Shown here: positions 18,119 to 27,534 of the stretch, piece after piece
How the letters are laid out: every line of letters begins with the position of its first letter
Numbering within the stretch: the first letter of the stretch is position 1
Source: a virus
Lineage: Duplodnaviria > Caudoviricetes
DNA length: 36,411 nt
Reading direction: 5' to 3' (one strand)
Virus record (IMG/VR): IMGVR_UViG_3300008255_000264
Coordinates: 1 to 36,411 of that record
Made by a program: the position numbers and the translations under genes
The notes under the pieces: model-generated
Database searches by the model: none
Seen by the model: the letters and a program-made list of their open reading frames with translations, nothing else
What the model was told of the DNA's origin: nothing

Positions 18119-20316
18119 ATTGCTCCTTCCATGATGTCATTCGCCTTGACCAAGTGATCACGGATCACTGTCAATTCGTCATCCGACCGCTGGGCCAGTG
18201 CCAGCAGGTCATCATTTATGACTGCATATTGCAGCCGCCCACTGACCTTGATGCGCTTGTGCCATGCAGTCAATCCGCACTCAACCATCGAGCGCCGCAA
18301 CTCATAGTCTGAGTCGAACACCCGACCTTGCGCGTGCATTCTTACCCATCCCACGACGTCCTTGATCAGCAGCCCTGCAGGCTTGCCCAACTCCTTCAAG
18401 ACCTCTGCCAGCGCAGCAGCTTCTTGCTGAGCCTCCGAGCGCGAACCCTCAATCATCTCGCGCTTGCGCTCAGTCATTGGTGCGCGTTGACTCTGGGTGA
18501 CATACTCCCCATAGTTTTCTGCCCAATGGCGAATGATGTTCAACCCACCTGCCGCCAGCCACTTGCGCAGGCCATCAAACTTTGCTCTGGGCCATGGCAC
18601 CTCTGTGACCTCGGGATAAAGCCAGCGCCTGTCATCATTCTCCATCTTCAAGGCGCGCATGGAATTGGACGATGCGAGCACATGGCACCAGTTCTCGATC
18701 ACATACTGGCGCATGTATTTCTGGTTGACAGTGATGTCCTTGTCAGTGATGACACTTTTAAGCGCATGATATGCCTTCCAAGAGCTGCCCGAGTAGATTT
18801 CACTGACGATTGCCAGCCGCTTGTGTGCCACCCAGTCATTGAACGAGGATGTAACGTCCGCCTCGCCGGGGTAGCCAACATTTTGAACGCCCACCAGAGG
18901 TGCAAGAATGCCAGCCCCGAGCGTTGTTTTGCCCACGCCCTGTCGCTCTGAGATCAGCAGCAGCCCGTAACTCATGCGCACCTCTGGCTTGGCGATGAGC
19001 GTAGCACACCACTTCAACACATCCTTGCGCTCTCTCTCATTCACGAACATGTATTCCATGAATTCCAGGAATGGCGCAGGGTCGCCTGGAACTGCCTTGA
19101 TATCGCTGGGGATGTGCAGGTTGATAGCCGACGATCCTCTGAAGGTAACCTTCAAGCCCTTCACGTCCGGGCGGTAGCACACCCGCGTTGACCTGCCTTG
19201 ATAGGCTTTCACAATCAGTCGGCACGTGTCTTGAACGTGGCTGAAACTGGCCAGCATCTTGTTCAGTATGGCCTCGGAGCGCATGATCTCTGGCATTTCA
19301 GTGCAAACGAACATGTCAGCCTCCTCGATGTAGGCCCACATTCCCTTGAAGCTGTCCCGCAGCACATGCCCCGGCCGACCGCCCTCGCTCTTGGGTGGGA
19401 CGGTGTCGGTTGCCCACGTTGCCGGGTGAAGGCAGTCGCGGAAACTTGGTCCTACATAAACTCTCTCCCCGGCTCCGTTGGAGAACATGCTCTTGGGGAA
19501 GGGGTCTGCGAGATCAAATGAGGCTGGAAATTCATCAGTAAACTGCACTGTGAAAGTTGGCATGCGCAGGTGTCGGGCGATAGCAGGAACAGCCGTCCTT
19601 CCAGGCTCATCATTGTCAGCCACAATGTATGCGCGCTTGACCCCAGCCTTGGCCAGCACTGACCAGTCTGTTCTGTAGGGGGACAATGCCCCGCCGATCC
19701 ACCCGACATGCACTGCTCCTTCTAATTCACGCCCCCAAGGGTGGTCTGCCAGAGCAGCCTTTGCCTCGTGATCTTGCGCCTCGATCATGGCCTGAACCCG
19801 CGCCGCTGCCTTGGCCCCCTCATGGATGAACACAGTGGCATTTTCATTTATCTTGTCCGCATTGAACAATGGCAATGGGCCGTCCGGCTCGCAAATGCGC
19901 CAAACTCCGTCGTCCCAGTATGTGAATGGCACATACGCCTTGTCGTCGCCCTTTTCGATGCGGACTTGCACCATGACGATCTGCCCCTCGCCGTCGCGGA
20001 ACTCAAAGATGTCCTGCCGCGCTGCCTCCTTGATCATTGGGTGAGGGTCGATGATCTTGTGCAACCGCTTCAACTCTGGCCATGTCACCCCAGCCAGCGC
20101 GCTCTTGACCAGCTGCTGCTCAAGCTCGGTCGGTGCATGCTCTATCGTTGAGCACTCAATGTCTCCTTCCTTGGAGAACTTGATCACAGCCAAGTCCCGC
20201 CAATACCGCCCATGGGTCTGTCTCACAACCGCACCCTTGAGCGAGCGCGGCTCTGCGCCCACCCGGTTGAGGTAATCACGCACTGCTGGCACATCCGTCA
20301 GTTCTTTAATCTTCAC
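18115..20316 (-). CDS. Primase-helicase (Toprim-like + SF3/DUF5906-type ATPase)
   Basis: FIHEGAK and ADND Toprim motifs; QGVGKT Walker A, FNDW, SSN and DRRW. Confidence 0.85.
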   Translation of the reverse strand: MKIKELTDVPAVRDYLNRVGAEPRSLKGAVVRQTHGRYWRDLAVIKFSKEGDIECSTIEHAPTELEQQLVKSALAGVTWPELKRLHKIIDPHPMIKEAARQDIFEFRDGEGQIVMVQVRIEKGDDKAYVPFTYWDDGVWRICEPDGPLPLFNADKINENATVFIHEGAKAAARVQAMIEAQDHEAKAALADHPWGRELEGAVHVGWIGGALSPYRTDWSVLAKAGVKRAYIVADNDEPGRTAVPAIARHLRMPTFTVQFTDEFPASFDLADPFPKSMFSNGAGERVYVGPSFRDCLHPATWATDTVPPKSEGGRPGHVLRDSFKGMWAYIEEADMFVCTEMPEIMRSEAILNKMLASFSHVQDTCRLIVKAYQGRSTRVCYRPDVKGLKVTFRGSSAINLHIPSDIKAVPGDPAPFLEFMEYMFVNERERKDVLKWCATLIAKPEVRMSYGLLLISERQGVGKTTLGAGILAPLVGVQNVGYPGEADVTSSFNDWVAHKRLAIVSEIYSGSSWKAYHALKSVITDKDITVNQKYMRQYVIENWCHVLASSNSMRALKMENDDRRWLYPEVTEVPWPRAKFDGLRKWLAAGGLNIIRHWAENYGEYVTQSQRAPMTERKREMIEGSRSEAQQEAAALAEVLKELGKPAGLLIKDVVGWVRMHAQGRVFDSDYELRRSMVECGLTAWHKRIKVSGRLQYAVINDDLLALAQRSDDELTVIRDHLVKANDIMEGAM

Positions 20317-20388
20317 GATTTTCCCTCGCTGTTAGGTTCCATTTTCACCCTCGTTGAAAATATATTTCAACAAAAGTGTTTTTTTCGC

Positions 20389-20463
20389 TTTTCTTTTCTG
20401 ATCAATTCCGTCATAAGGGTTGTATTGGGAGCCGAGGTGGCCCCCACCAACCGGAGAATTGAA
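20389..20463 (+). promoter_or_regulatory. Repeated early promoter/leader A
   Basis: TTTTCTT-N17-ATAA, hairpin 20427-45, GGAG RBS; 30/31 identical to 31857-31887. Confidence 0.7.
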
Positions 20464-20691
20464 ATGACCAACATCACCGCTCGCTCGCTCGAAGTTTTCC
20501 TCGCCCTCGCCGCTGAAGCCAATGATTGGAATGGCCAGCCTTTGTTCGATGGCTCGAAGGAAGATCGCGGCAACCTCACCCAGCTCAAGCAAGCAGGCCT
20601 GCTTACAACCTTCAGCGAAGAAGGCAATCTTTGGGTCGACTTCACCGACGCAGGCATCGCCCTCGCTGCCGAAAACGGCATCACCATTTGA
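20464..20691 (+). CDS. Small early protein (75 aa, winged-helix-like)
   Basis: ATG 20464 with GGAG RBS, own leader and terminator; GNLTQLKQAGLL...FTDAG. Confidence 0.75.
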   Translation: MTNITARSLEVFLALAAEANDWNGQPLFDGSKEDRGNLTQLKQAGLLTTFSEEGNLWVDFTDAGIALAAENGITI

Positions 20692-20698
20692 TCCTTGC

Positions 20699-20716
20699 GA
20701 GGGGCTTCAGCCCCTC
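20699..20716. terminator. Hairpin between convergent genes
   Basis: GAGGGGC-TTCA-GCCCCTC, overlapping the dnaE stop. Confidence 0.65.
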
Positions 20717-23573
20717 ATTTGTCCAAATCCCCGACATATCGCACATTCTTGATTGTCACCATGCGGAAGTTCGTATTGGCTCGCATGGTGCCCTTCACTG
20801 CGTAGAGCGCCTTGCCCACGCGCCCCCGATCAACAATCGCCCTGCCCAACCGCTCATAGTCCCAGCGGGTGATCTTGCCGAAGATCGTATCGGTGTCATC
20901 GGTGAGCTGCAGGTTGAGGCTCGTCGTCTTGCCATCCTTGATCTCATAGCCCCTGCGCGCAATCATCACCACCTCATTCTCATCGCGCGGGTTGATCTTG
21001 CTCAAGGTGCAAAAGAACAGGAAATCTTGATCCTCACCACATGGCTTCGCATCAATGATCGATGTGGGATGTGTCACGATGTTCTTGGCCAGAGGGTCTG
21101 GCATGTGGCGCTTGATTCCATCGCGCACTGGCCAAAGGCTGTCAATGTCAGTCTTAGGGTCGGACAATAGCTTCATCGCTCGTGCGGGCAGAGGCTCGCC
21201 GCGCTTGCGCGCTGATACGATCTGACTCACCAGCTTTGGCCCGATTCCCTTGACATTATGAAGCGGCCCAACAAGGTAGCGCTGGCCATTGCGGTTGCCC
21301 ACCTGCCACTTCTTGTCGCTCAACTCAGGATCGATCGGAACATAGTCGTAGCCCTCTGTCTTCATCTCACGCAGCAGCATGATCTGGCGCTGAGGGTTGT
21401 CCTCATGGTTTAGGGTTGCGGCCGCAAACTCAAAAGGGTGATGCGCCTTCAGCCAGCAGCACCAATAACTGATGAGGCCATATGCCACAGAGTGGCTCTT
21501 GTTGAAGCTCCATGCCCCATAGGCGCACAGGTCGTCCCAAATCTTGACAGTTGCGGCTGGGTCAACGCCCTTTGCCACGGCCCCGGCCTTCCAAGGGTCC
21601 CCGAACTGGTCGAAGTATTCCTTTCCCAGCGACTTGCTCATAGCCTTGCGCAGCAGAGTCACTTGTTCCCAGCTGAGGTCGCCCACATTCCGGCCGATCT
21701 CCATCACCTGCTCTTGGTATAGTACGATCCCGAGCGTGTCCTTCAGGTATGGCTCGAATATTGGGTGAGGGTAGGTCACGGCATTGGTGCCATTCCTGCG
21801 CCTGATCCATTCATGCGCCCCCCCACTGGCCAATGGCCCCGGTCTGCCCAGCGCGGTCACACTGACAATATCATCGAATTTGTCCACGTGAAACTGCTTG
21901 GTGATGGACTGCAGGGCCATGCCATTGAATTGGAAGATGCCAGACCACTTGCCATCGTTGAGCACCTTGAACGTCTCCGGACGATCCAGGGGTAGCTTTT
22001 CTAGCGTGTCATGGGGCAGGCCTGCCAAGTCCAACGCATCCTCGAACACTGAAAGTTGAGTCAGACCCAAGCAGTCAATCTTGAGCAGGTTATAGCCATC
22101 CTCGGCGTCCTTCTTGTCGCACATGGTTGCGCCTGTGCGATGGTCAATGGCCACGAACTTGGCTACAGGCTCCAAGCTCACGACCACGCCTGCCGCATGT
22201 TGACTGTAGTGCCGAGGGTGGCCTTCAAACTGCGCCACCACCTTCATCTCTGGGTGATCTTCAAGCAGCCTCTGGCCGGCTGGCATTGTCATCAGGGTGT
22301 CTTCAAGGGTGTTGAGCGCGCGGGAGTCCCCAGATGAACGCTCGATCATGCTTTCTGCCACTGCGTCGCATTTCCACTTGGGCACGTTCAGGCCCATTCC
22401 TGCCTCTTGAAGCGCAGAGCGCGGCTGGAACATGGCGACTGTGCCTAGGCGCGCAACATGGTCGCTGCCATATTTCTCCTCGATGTATTGGAACACCCGC
22501 TTGCGCTGCTGATCCGAGAAGTCGATGTCGATGTCGGGCATGTCTGAGCGGTTGATGTCCACGAACCGCTCAAAGATCAGCCCGAACGGAATCGGGTCAA
22601 CGGTGGTGATCCCCAAAAGATAGCAAACCAGCGAACCGCAAGACGAACCGCGTGCAGGCCCGACGATCATCTTCTTGCGCGCCCATTGAACGATGTCAGC
22701 CACGATGTAGAAGTAGTCCTCGTAGCCCTTGGCTGTGATCAGGCTCAATTCCCGCTCCATGCGCTGGGAATATTCAGGGCGCGTGATGTCACAACCCATC
22801 GCTGCCGCTCCAAGCTCGCAAAGCTCGCGCAAGGAATGTGTGGCCGGAAAGTGGGGCAGGGACGATTGAACAAGGTTCGCGTTGCAATCCCCAAGCCAAT
22901 GTTCGGAAAGGCTGAGAGCGTCCTGCAAATCCGTCTCTGAAAGGCCATTCCATTTCACCGCCTCGCGCCACTCCTCGGCGCTCAAGATGTGCTGTGCATA
23001 GCTTTGGCTCTGAGCGTTGCGCCCGGTCAGCAATTCGTAAAAGCCAGCCTGATCCGCGCGCGGAAAGCGATTATCGCTGCTGGCAGCAAACTGCCACCCA
23101 TTGTTGACTGCGCGCTTGACAACGCCAACGGGTGTGCTCGGCATCAAGCCGATTGCCACGCTCTCGTCCAGTTCCATTTTCCACAACGCCATTGGCGGGC
23201 AATGGCCGGTCATCTTGAACGCGCCCTGCTTGGAGATTGCTTGCTCAAGGGTGAGCAGGGGCTTATAGCGAAACTGCGTGGTCGCCAGTGTCACCAACTC
23301 ATTGATTGGCTGAACATCATCAATAGCCAGAAATGTCCAGTGGTCCACGGACGGATTTTTGGCATTGATCGAATCTGTGACTGCCAGCTCAACCCCGAAC
23401 ACTGGCTTCAGCCCGCGCTTTTTGCATTCCTTTGCCCAGCGGTAGAATCCGAAGGTGGAGGCGCGATCTGTGATCGGTGCGTATTCGCTGCCGAGTTCTT
23501 CAAGGCGGTCGAGCACATCATCAATCTTGCCAGCTGCTTCGCGGAAGCTGTAGCCGGTGCGTACTTTAATCAT
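20715..23573 (-). CDS. dnaE: DNA polymerase III alpha subunit (family C)
   Basis: GPARGSSCGSLV.Y.LGIT.VDP, FERF, MPDIDIDF, HAAGVV, KIDCLGL, YQEQVM, FNKSH. Confidence 0.95.
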   Translation of the reverse strand: MIKVRTGYSFREAAGKIDDVLDRLEELGSEYAPITDRASTFGFYRWAKECKKRGLKPVFGVELAVTDSINAKNPSVDHWTFLAIDDVQPINELVTLATTQFRYKPLLTLEQAISKQGAFKMTGHCPPMALWKMELDESVAIGLMPSTPVGVVKRAVNNGWQFAASSDNRFPRADQAGFYELLTGRNAQSQSYAQHILSAEEWREAVKWNGLSETDLQDALSLSEHWLGDCNANLVQSSLPHFPATHSLRELCELGAAAMGCDITRPEYSQRMERELSLITAKGYEDYFYIVADIVQWARKKMIVGPARGSSCGSLVCYLLGITTVDPIPFGLIFERFVDINRSDMPDIDIDFSDQQRKRVFQYIEEKYGSDHVARLGTVAMFQPRSALQEAGMGLNVPKWKCDAVAESMIERSSGDSRALNTLEDTLMTMPAGQRLLEDHPEMKVVAQFEGHPRHYSQHAAGVVVSLEPVAKFVAIDHRTGATMCDKKDAEDGYNLLKIDCLGLTQLSVFEDALDLAGLPHDTLEKLPLDRPETFKVLNDGKWSGIFQFNGMALQSITKQFHVDKFDDIVSVTALGRPGPLASGGAHEWIRRRNGTNAVTYPHPIFEPYLKDTLGIVLYQEQVMEIGRNVGDLSWEQVTLLRKAMSKSLGKEYFDQFGDPWKAGAVAKGVDPAATVKIWDDLCAYGAWSFNKSHSVAYGLISYWCCWLKAHHPFEFAAATLNHEDNPQRQIMLLREMKTEGYDYVPIDPELSDKKWQVGNRNGQRYLVGPLHNVKGIGPKLVSQIVSARKRGEPLPARAMKLLSDPKTDIDSLWPVRDGIKRHMPDPLAKNIVTHPTSIIDAKPCGEDQDFLFFCTLSKINPRDENEVVMIARRGYEIKDGKTTSLNLQLTDDTDTIFGKITRWDYERLGRAIVDRGRVGKALYAVKGTMRANTNFRMVTIKNVRYVGDLDK

Positions 23574-24163
23574 GACACCCCCAAATGCAGGACGAATTTA
23601 TGCTTTACATGAGGCTCCCCCGAAAGGAAGAATCCGAGTTCGTTCATTTCTTTCTTGGTCCTCGTTTTTGTTGAAAGAGTCGCAGCGAATTTCCCTTCAG
23701 AGTTTATATATCGCCGAGAAGGCTTCGTGCACCCGACATATTCCCAATTCGTCGCCTTGTATATCGAGCCTTTGTGCCCTTGCCATTCGTCGGCATATGT
23801 GACCAGGTGGGGCCACTCTCCGATTGACCTTATTATTTTGATGCCCTTCCCGAGAAGGAAAGACGCCCCGTTCTTGGGGACGTCTGGGTGAATGGCCAGC
23901 CGCGTTAGGCTGAGCACACGGCGCCAATTATCCTTGTTGACTGTAATCGCAGCCAACTTCGTCGGAGGGAGCCACTGTGCAACTCCCATCAACTGGCCAT
24001 CAGCTTTCCGCCTCAACTCATGTATGTAAACCCCAGTGTTCGAGCAAGATTGGGTGTAGTGGTGATCTTTGATGAATTGCCGAGCGACTTTCTTGTCTTG
24101 AGAAGTTTCCACCCTCCAATCTTTCGACTTGAGAGCACCTTGTTTCTTGCCCTCAGTTAGCAT
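23570..24163 (-). CDS. Mom-like DNA modification protein (GNAT fold)
   Basis: HHY, L.RL, P.N.AS and TYAD..QGH.G.IY.ATNW.Y.G motifs. Confidence 0.8.
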   Translation of the reverse strand: MLTEGKKQGALKSKDWRVETSQDKKVARQFIKDHHYTQSCSNTGVYIHELRRKADGQLMGVAQWLPPTKLAAITVNKDNWRRVLSLTRLAIHPDVPKNGASFLLGKGIKIIRSIGEWPHLVTYADEWQGHKGSIYKATNWEYVGCTKPSRRYINSEGKFAATLSTKTRTKKEMNELGFFLSGEPHVKHKFVLHLGVS

Positions 24164-24350
24164 TCAAAACTTCCTCAATATTAGAGATTGCCGCCCGCAG
24201 CGACCTGACCGATTCCAGCAGGGCAGCGCGCGAGGCCTTACCCTTCATCATCGCTTCCGAAGGTCCGATGGCTGCTTCCATGATCTGTCGGTGAGCCACT
24301 GTCAGTCGCCTTTGCTCTGAAGTGTGGTCGCTTGGTCCGCCGGGACTCAA
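24153..24350 (-). CDS. Hypothetical protein
   Basis: 65 aa, overlaps both neighbours, fills the operon gap. Confidence 0.55.
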   Translation of the reverse strand: MSPGGPSDHTSEQRRLTVAHRQIMEAAIGPSEAMMKGKASRAALLESVRSLRAAISNIEEVLNAN

Positions 24351-24835
24351 AGGCCCAGCCTTTCTCGATACATGGCTTCCCCCTGCCTCATCTTAATCAA
24401 AATCGTTTGGCGAGGTGTCCGGCCCCTTCTTCGCTCATCTCTTTCGGCCTGCAATCGTCTGCGCGCCGCCTCGAAATCTATCCCCTTTTCGAGATCCTCC
24501 TTTTCTTTCTGCCGCCTCTCATGTGCCCTCTTAAGCTGCCGGAACCTTGTGAGAGAGAAGCCCCTGGCCTGGGCATCCTGCTCACTCATGCAAGAGACAT
24601 CGACCTTTGCGATGTTGAACTTTGGCTTTTCAGATTTGATAGCAACTGTCTCGGCAAATTCTGCAGACTCTCTGTCAGGAAATTCTTCAATCTCAAGGGT
24701 GGTTATTTCCTTGAACCAAGTTGCCCCTCTATGCTGCGAGAACCTTTCTATGGCGCTGAAGTTTATACCTACGTAAAGCAGGCAATCGTCCTTGTCATAA
24801 TGACGATAAAGGTGGCAAGGTCTTTTCTCGCTCAC
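24347..24835 (-). CDS. GIY-YIG family endonuclease
   Basis: LYRHY...LLYVGI...R..QH...AE..AI..E.P.FN. Confidence 0.8.
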   Translation of the reverse strand: MSEKRPCHLYRHYDKDDCLLYVGINFSAIERFSQHRGATWFKEITTLEIEEFPDRESAEFAETVAIKSEKPKFNIAKVDVSCMSEQDAQARGFSLTRFRQLKRAHERRQKEKEDLEKGIDFEAARRRLQAERDERRRGRTPRQTILIKMRQGEAMYRERLGL

Positions 24836-24975
24836 AACTCACCTCCGTATCCAAGCTGGATGAAGTGCTCTCGGAAGTTCTCCCTCGTCCACCCCTCACC
24901 CCATTTTGTCTCGTGCCCCACTGGGTCATCGTGATAGTCATCATCGATCAGGTCGCTGAGTCCTTCCTCGGTCAT
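24832..24975 (-). CDS. Small acidic hypothetical protein (47 aa)
   Basis: Hand-translated MTEEGLSDLIDDDYHDDPVGHETKWGEGWTRENFREHFIQLGYGGEL*; 4-bp overlaps at both ends. Confidence 0.65.
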   Translation of the reverse strand: MTEEGLSDLIDDDYHDDPVGHETKWGEGWTRENFREHFIQLGYGGEL

Positions 24976-25508
24976 AATTCACCTCGCTTGACAAGTTCCA
25001 GGAAGCACCGCGTCAGTGCCTCAACGTCCACCCGCGCCCGGTGTGCACCTGAGAATGGCTCTCCGAACAGCTCTTCGTGAAGCGCGCTCAGGTTGAGCCG
25101 ATGGCTCTTCATCCATTCTGTTTGCTCGACAGTGCAGATAAGCCTGTCAGGCCATTTCAACTCAACCTCGCTGCGCTGCATCTCAAAGCTGACCAGTGCC
25201 ATGTCGAAGCTAAGGTTGTGTGCCACCACTGCATCAGCCGCACCGATCATGCCTGCCACCTTCTGTGCATAGTGAATGAAGGGCTTCTCGCCCTTGAGCT
25301 GCTCTGGCTTTATGCCGGTGATGCGCGTGATGATTGGCTCGATCTCAACTCCAGGATCGCAGAAGAACTCAATCTCGCTCAAGGTGTCGCCAGTTTCTGA
25401 GTCGACCAAGCAAAGAAACAGTTCTATTATCCGAGGCTGCTGCTCGAGTGGGACAAGGCTATTTTTTACCAAGCCAGTCGTTTCGCAATCAAAAATCGCT
25501 GCAATCAT
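24972..25508 (-). CDS. dnaQ: DEDDh 3'-5' exonuclease (epsilon-like)
   Basis: DCETTG, AHNLSFD, AHRARVD. Confidence 0.9.
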   Translation of the reverse strand: MIAAIFDCETTGLVKNSLVPLEQQPRIIELFLCLVDSETGDTLSEIEFFCDPGVEIEPIITRITGIKPEQLKGEKPFIHYAQKVAGMIGAADAVVAHNLSFDMALVSFEMQRSEVELKWPDRLICTVEQTEWMKSHRLNLSALHEELFGEPFSGAHRARVDVEALTRCFLELVKRGEL

Positions 25509-26026
25509 TTTTCCCTCGCGCGATTGAGATCTGCCATCCTGATTGCCTGAGCCATCCTCCGCTCATCAGTCCACCCCTCTTTAAGCCTGTTCTTTGAGGC
25601 TTCGCTCAATTTCCAGCGCTTACCTAACACATTCTTGTTACCCTCTAACGCGGCCGATTGCCTGGCCTTCCTCGAAGGATCGGACCAAATAATCTTTTGA
25701 GCATTGGAAAGCCTTTCGCGCATATCAGGTATGTGCCGGTAGCAATCAGCTGCGTTCTGAGCCAAAGTCCCAAGGTAAAGATGGCTGGGCTCAACGCACC
25801 AATCATTGCCACATTCGTGAAGGACGTAATCGCAATCTCTTTCGGGCGTTCTTTTGATCGGTTCTCTGTTGAGGTGATAAGAGAGTCTGTTGGCCTTCCA
25901 CTGATCTCCTTCGAATTTAACCTGCTTCCTCTTGAAATAAGGCGAACTGAGCTCTCTGTGGGCCGAGGATGTCCTGAGAACGCAACGGCATTCTCCGACT
26001 TTGATGGTTGGGTGTGGAAATATCAC
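25505..26026 (-). CDS. HNH homing-type endonuclease with NUMOD-like C-terminus
   Basis: VLHECGNDWCVEPSHL.LGT..QN..D; basic RERLS.AQK / SEASK repeats. Confidence 0.8.
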   Translation of the reverse strand: MIFPHPTIKVGECRCVLRTSSAHRELSSPYFKRKQVKFEGDQWKANRLSYHLNREPIKRTPERDCDYVLHECGNDWCVEPSHLYLGTLAQNAADCYRHIPDMRERLSNAQKIIWSDPSRKARQSAALEGNKNVLGKRWKLSEASKNRLKEGWTDERRMAQAIRMADLNRAREK

Positions 26027-26322
26027 TATCCCCGAGCCTCGGCGTCAAGCTCCTTCAGCATCATAGTGTAAATGGCCAGATCACCCAGCGAGTCATCGTG
26101 ACCACCTTTGTGGAAGTTATGGGCATAGCGGCTGATCTTTGAGAGCATCTGGATCAGAACGCCCAGCCGGTTGAAATCTTCGGGTGTGTCAACTGCCAAG
26201 CCCTCAGGGAAGAGTTTGTCAACCCAGTTGCCGAATTCCTTGTAGTTGTCGCCATAGAGCTTGTTGCGCTGCTCGTAGATTTCTGCTGCACTGCGCAGAT
26301 ATTCAGGCACGTTCGCTTTCAT
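26026..26322 (-). CDS. Nmad1/DUF6378-like all-alpha nucleotide-associated protein
   Basis: RN..YG, K..R and H.DS..DL..Y pattern. Confidence 0.65.
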   Translation of the reverse strand: MKANVPEYLRSAAEIYEQRNKLYGDNYKEFGNWVDKLFPEGLAVDTPEDFNRLGVLIQMLSKISRYAHNFHKGGHDDSLGDLAIYTMMLKELDAEARG

Positions 26323-26471
26323 GTCAATCTCCTTTTAAAAGTCCTGCCTTTGCCAACCATTCGCGACGTAAAATGAACACACCCACTTCCCTGCGCCGCT
26401 TGTTCCTGCTGGTGGTCAGCCATCTGGGCCGCTGACAGGGTCGGCCGCTGGGTGAGATCAGGGAGGGGCAT

Positions 26472-26918
26472 TCAATATCCGCCAGCGCGCACTTGCCAGC
26501 ATTCATGGCCAAGGTTGCGCCAAGCCTCGACTACCTTTTCACGGTCTTCAAGAATGAACCACACATCGCTGCGGGTCAACTCCTGAGCAGTGAGCCAATC
26601 GTCGAGCATCTGCGGCTTCAATTCGTGATCGCTCTGATAGTTGTCGTCTGGACGCATCAACAGATCGTCCAGCGCTAGCCCATGCTTGTCAAGCCAACGC
26701 AAGGTCATCAAGCGGTAGCGCTCGTTGCGGCCTGTCAGCCCCACGACAACTGGCCCTTCTGGCATGTTCATTAAGGTGAGCAGTAACTTGGCCACAGCCT
26801 TGTTAGGCTTGTCCTCACCTAGCAAGCAATGGAATTCATCCCATTGCTTTGCCCGAGCTAGGTGCTCCCGGTGCGCTGAGTCGCACAGCGTTCCGTCTAG
26901 GTCAACGACGACGATCAC
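26472..26918 (-). CDS. HAD phosphatase (T4 Pnk 3'-phosphatase-like, standalone)
   Basis: DLDGTL, TGR, LLMRP, K and EDR motifs. Confidence 0.85.
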   Translation of the reverse strand: MIVVVDLDGTLCDSAHREHLARAKQWDEFHCLLGEDKPNKAVAKLLLTLMNMPEGPVVVGLTGRNERYRLMTLRWLDKHGLALDDLLMRPDDNYQSDHELKPQMLDDWLTAQELTRSDVWFILEDREKVVEAWRNLGHECWQVRAGGY

Positions 26919-27511
26919 AGATTGAGGTACTCATTGAGGCTTCCAATGACTTCCGCTGGCACACCGCCCGATGAGCTGTATGCCATCTCGGGCATGAACT
27001 GCTGAACCTCTGGCCAAACCTCAATCAACTTGCCTGTCGTGGTCACAGAGTTGACAACTGCCAGAACCTTGGACGAAGCTTCGCGCTCCTGCTGGCCAAC
27101 CTCCCGCCTGAAGTCTCTGAGGGCTTCCTTTGCCTCTTCCACCAGAGCCTCGGCCTTGAAATATTCACTTTCAGGGCTGACGATCGAAGTGACATGGGAG
27201 TATCCACCTGAAAAGTCCTCGTAAGGAACCGGTCTCATGTTGCCAAATCTGACCTCTTTCACTCCTTGGTCTTCGACCATAACTCGGACTCTGTTTGACT
27301 CCGGGAGCCATTCCTTTGGCAAAGACTGGATCTGCTTGCGAGCCTTCTCCGAATACACCAACTCGTATCCGAGGTCATTGCGCTTGTCTTTGAGGGTTTC
27401 CAGCTTTGCTTTCATGTCTTCGATCTGAATGCGCTCGGAAGCGAACTTGTGTGCCATGACATTGCGGACGATTTCATCACGATAATATGCACTTATTTTC
27501 TGGGAAGCCAT
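26915..27511 (-). CDS. Nmad5-like (nucleotide modification associated) protein
   Basis: N-terminal R..I pattern and C-terminal SVTTTGKLIEVWPE motif. Confidence 0.7.
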   Translation of the reverse strand: MASQKISAYYRDEIVRNVMAHKFASERIQIEDMKAKLETLKDKRNDLGYELVYSEKARKQIQSLPKEWLPESNRVRVMVEDQGVKEVRFGNMRPVPYEDFSGGYSHVTSIVSPESEYFKAEALVEEAKEALRDFRREVGQQEREASSKVLAVVNSVTTTGKLIEVWPEVQQFMPEMAYSSSGGVPAEVIGSLNEYLNL

Positions 27512-27534
27512 TTTAATTCTCCTTTCGATTTGGG

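Noticed and set aside
24832-24990. Two consecutive genes ending GEL* as a possible duplication
   Set aside because: Explained by a GAGGTGA Shine-Dalgarno sequence plus a 4-bp start/stop overlap for the next gene.
26319-26512. Small ORF between the HAD phosphatase and Nmad1-like genes
   Set aside because: Two competing frames (26324..26512 and ATG 26471..26319) with no motif or clear RBS; cannot choose.
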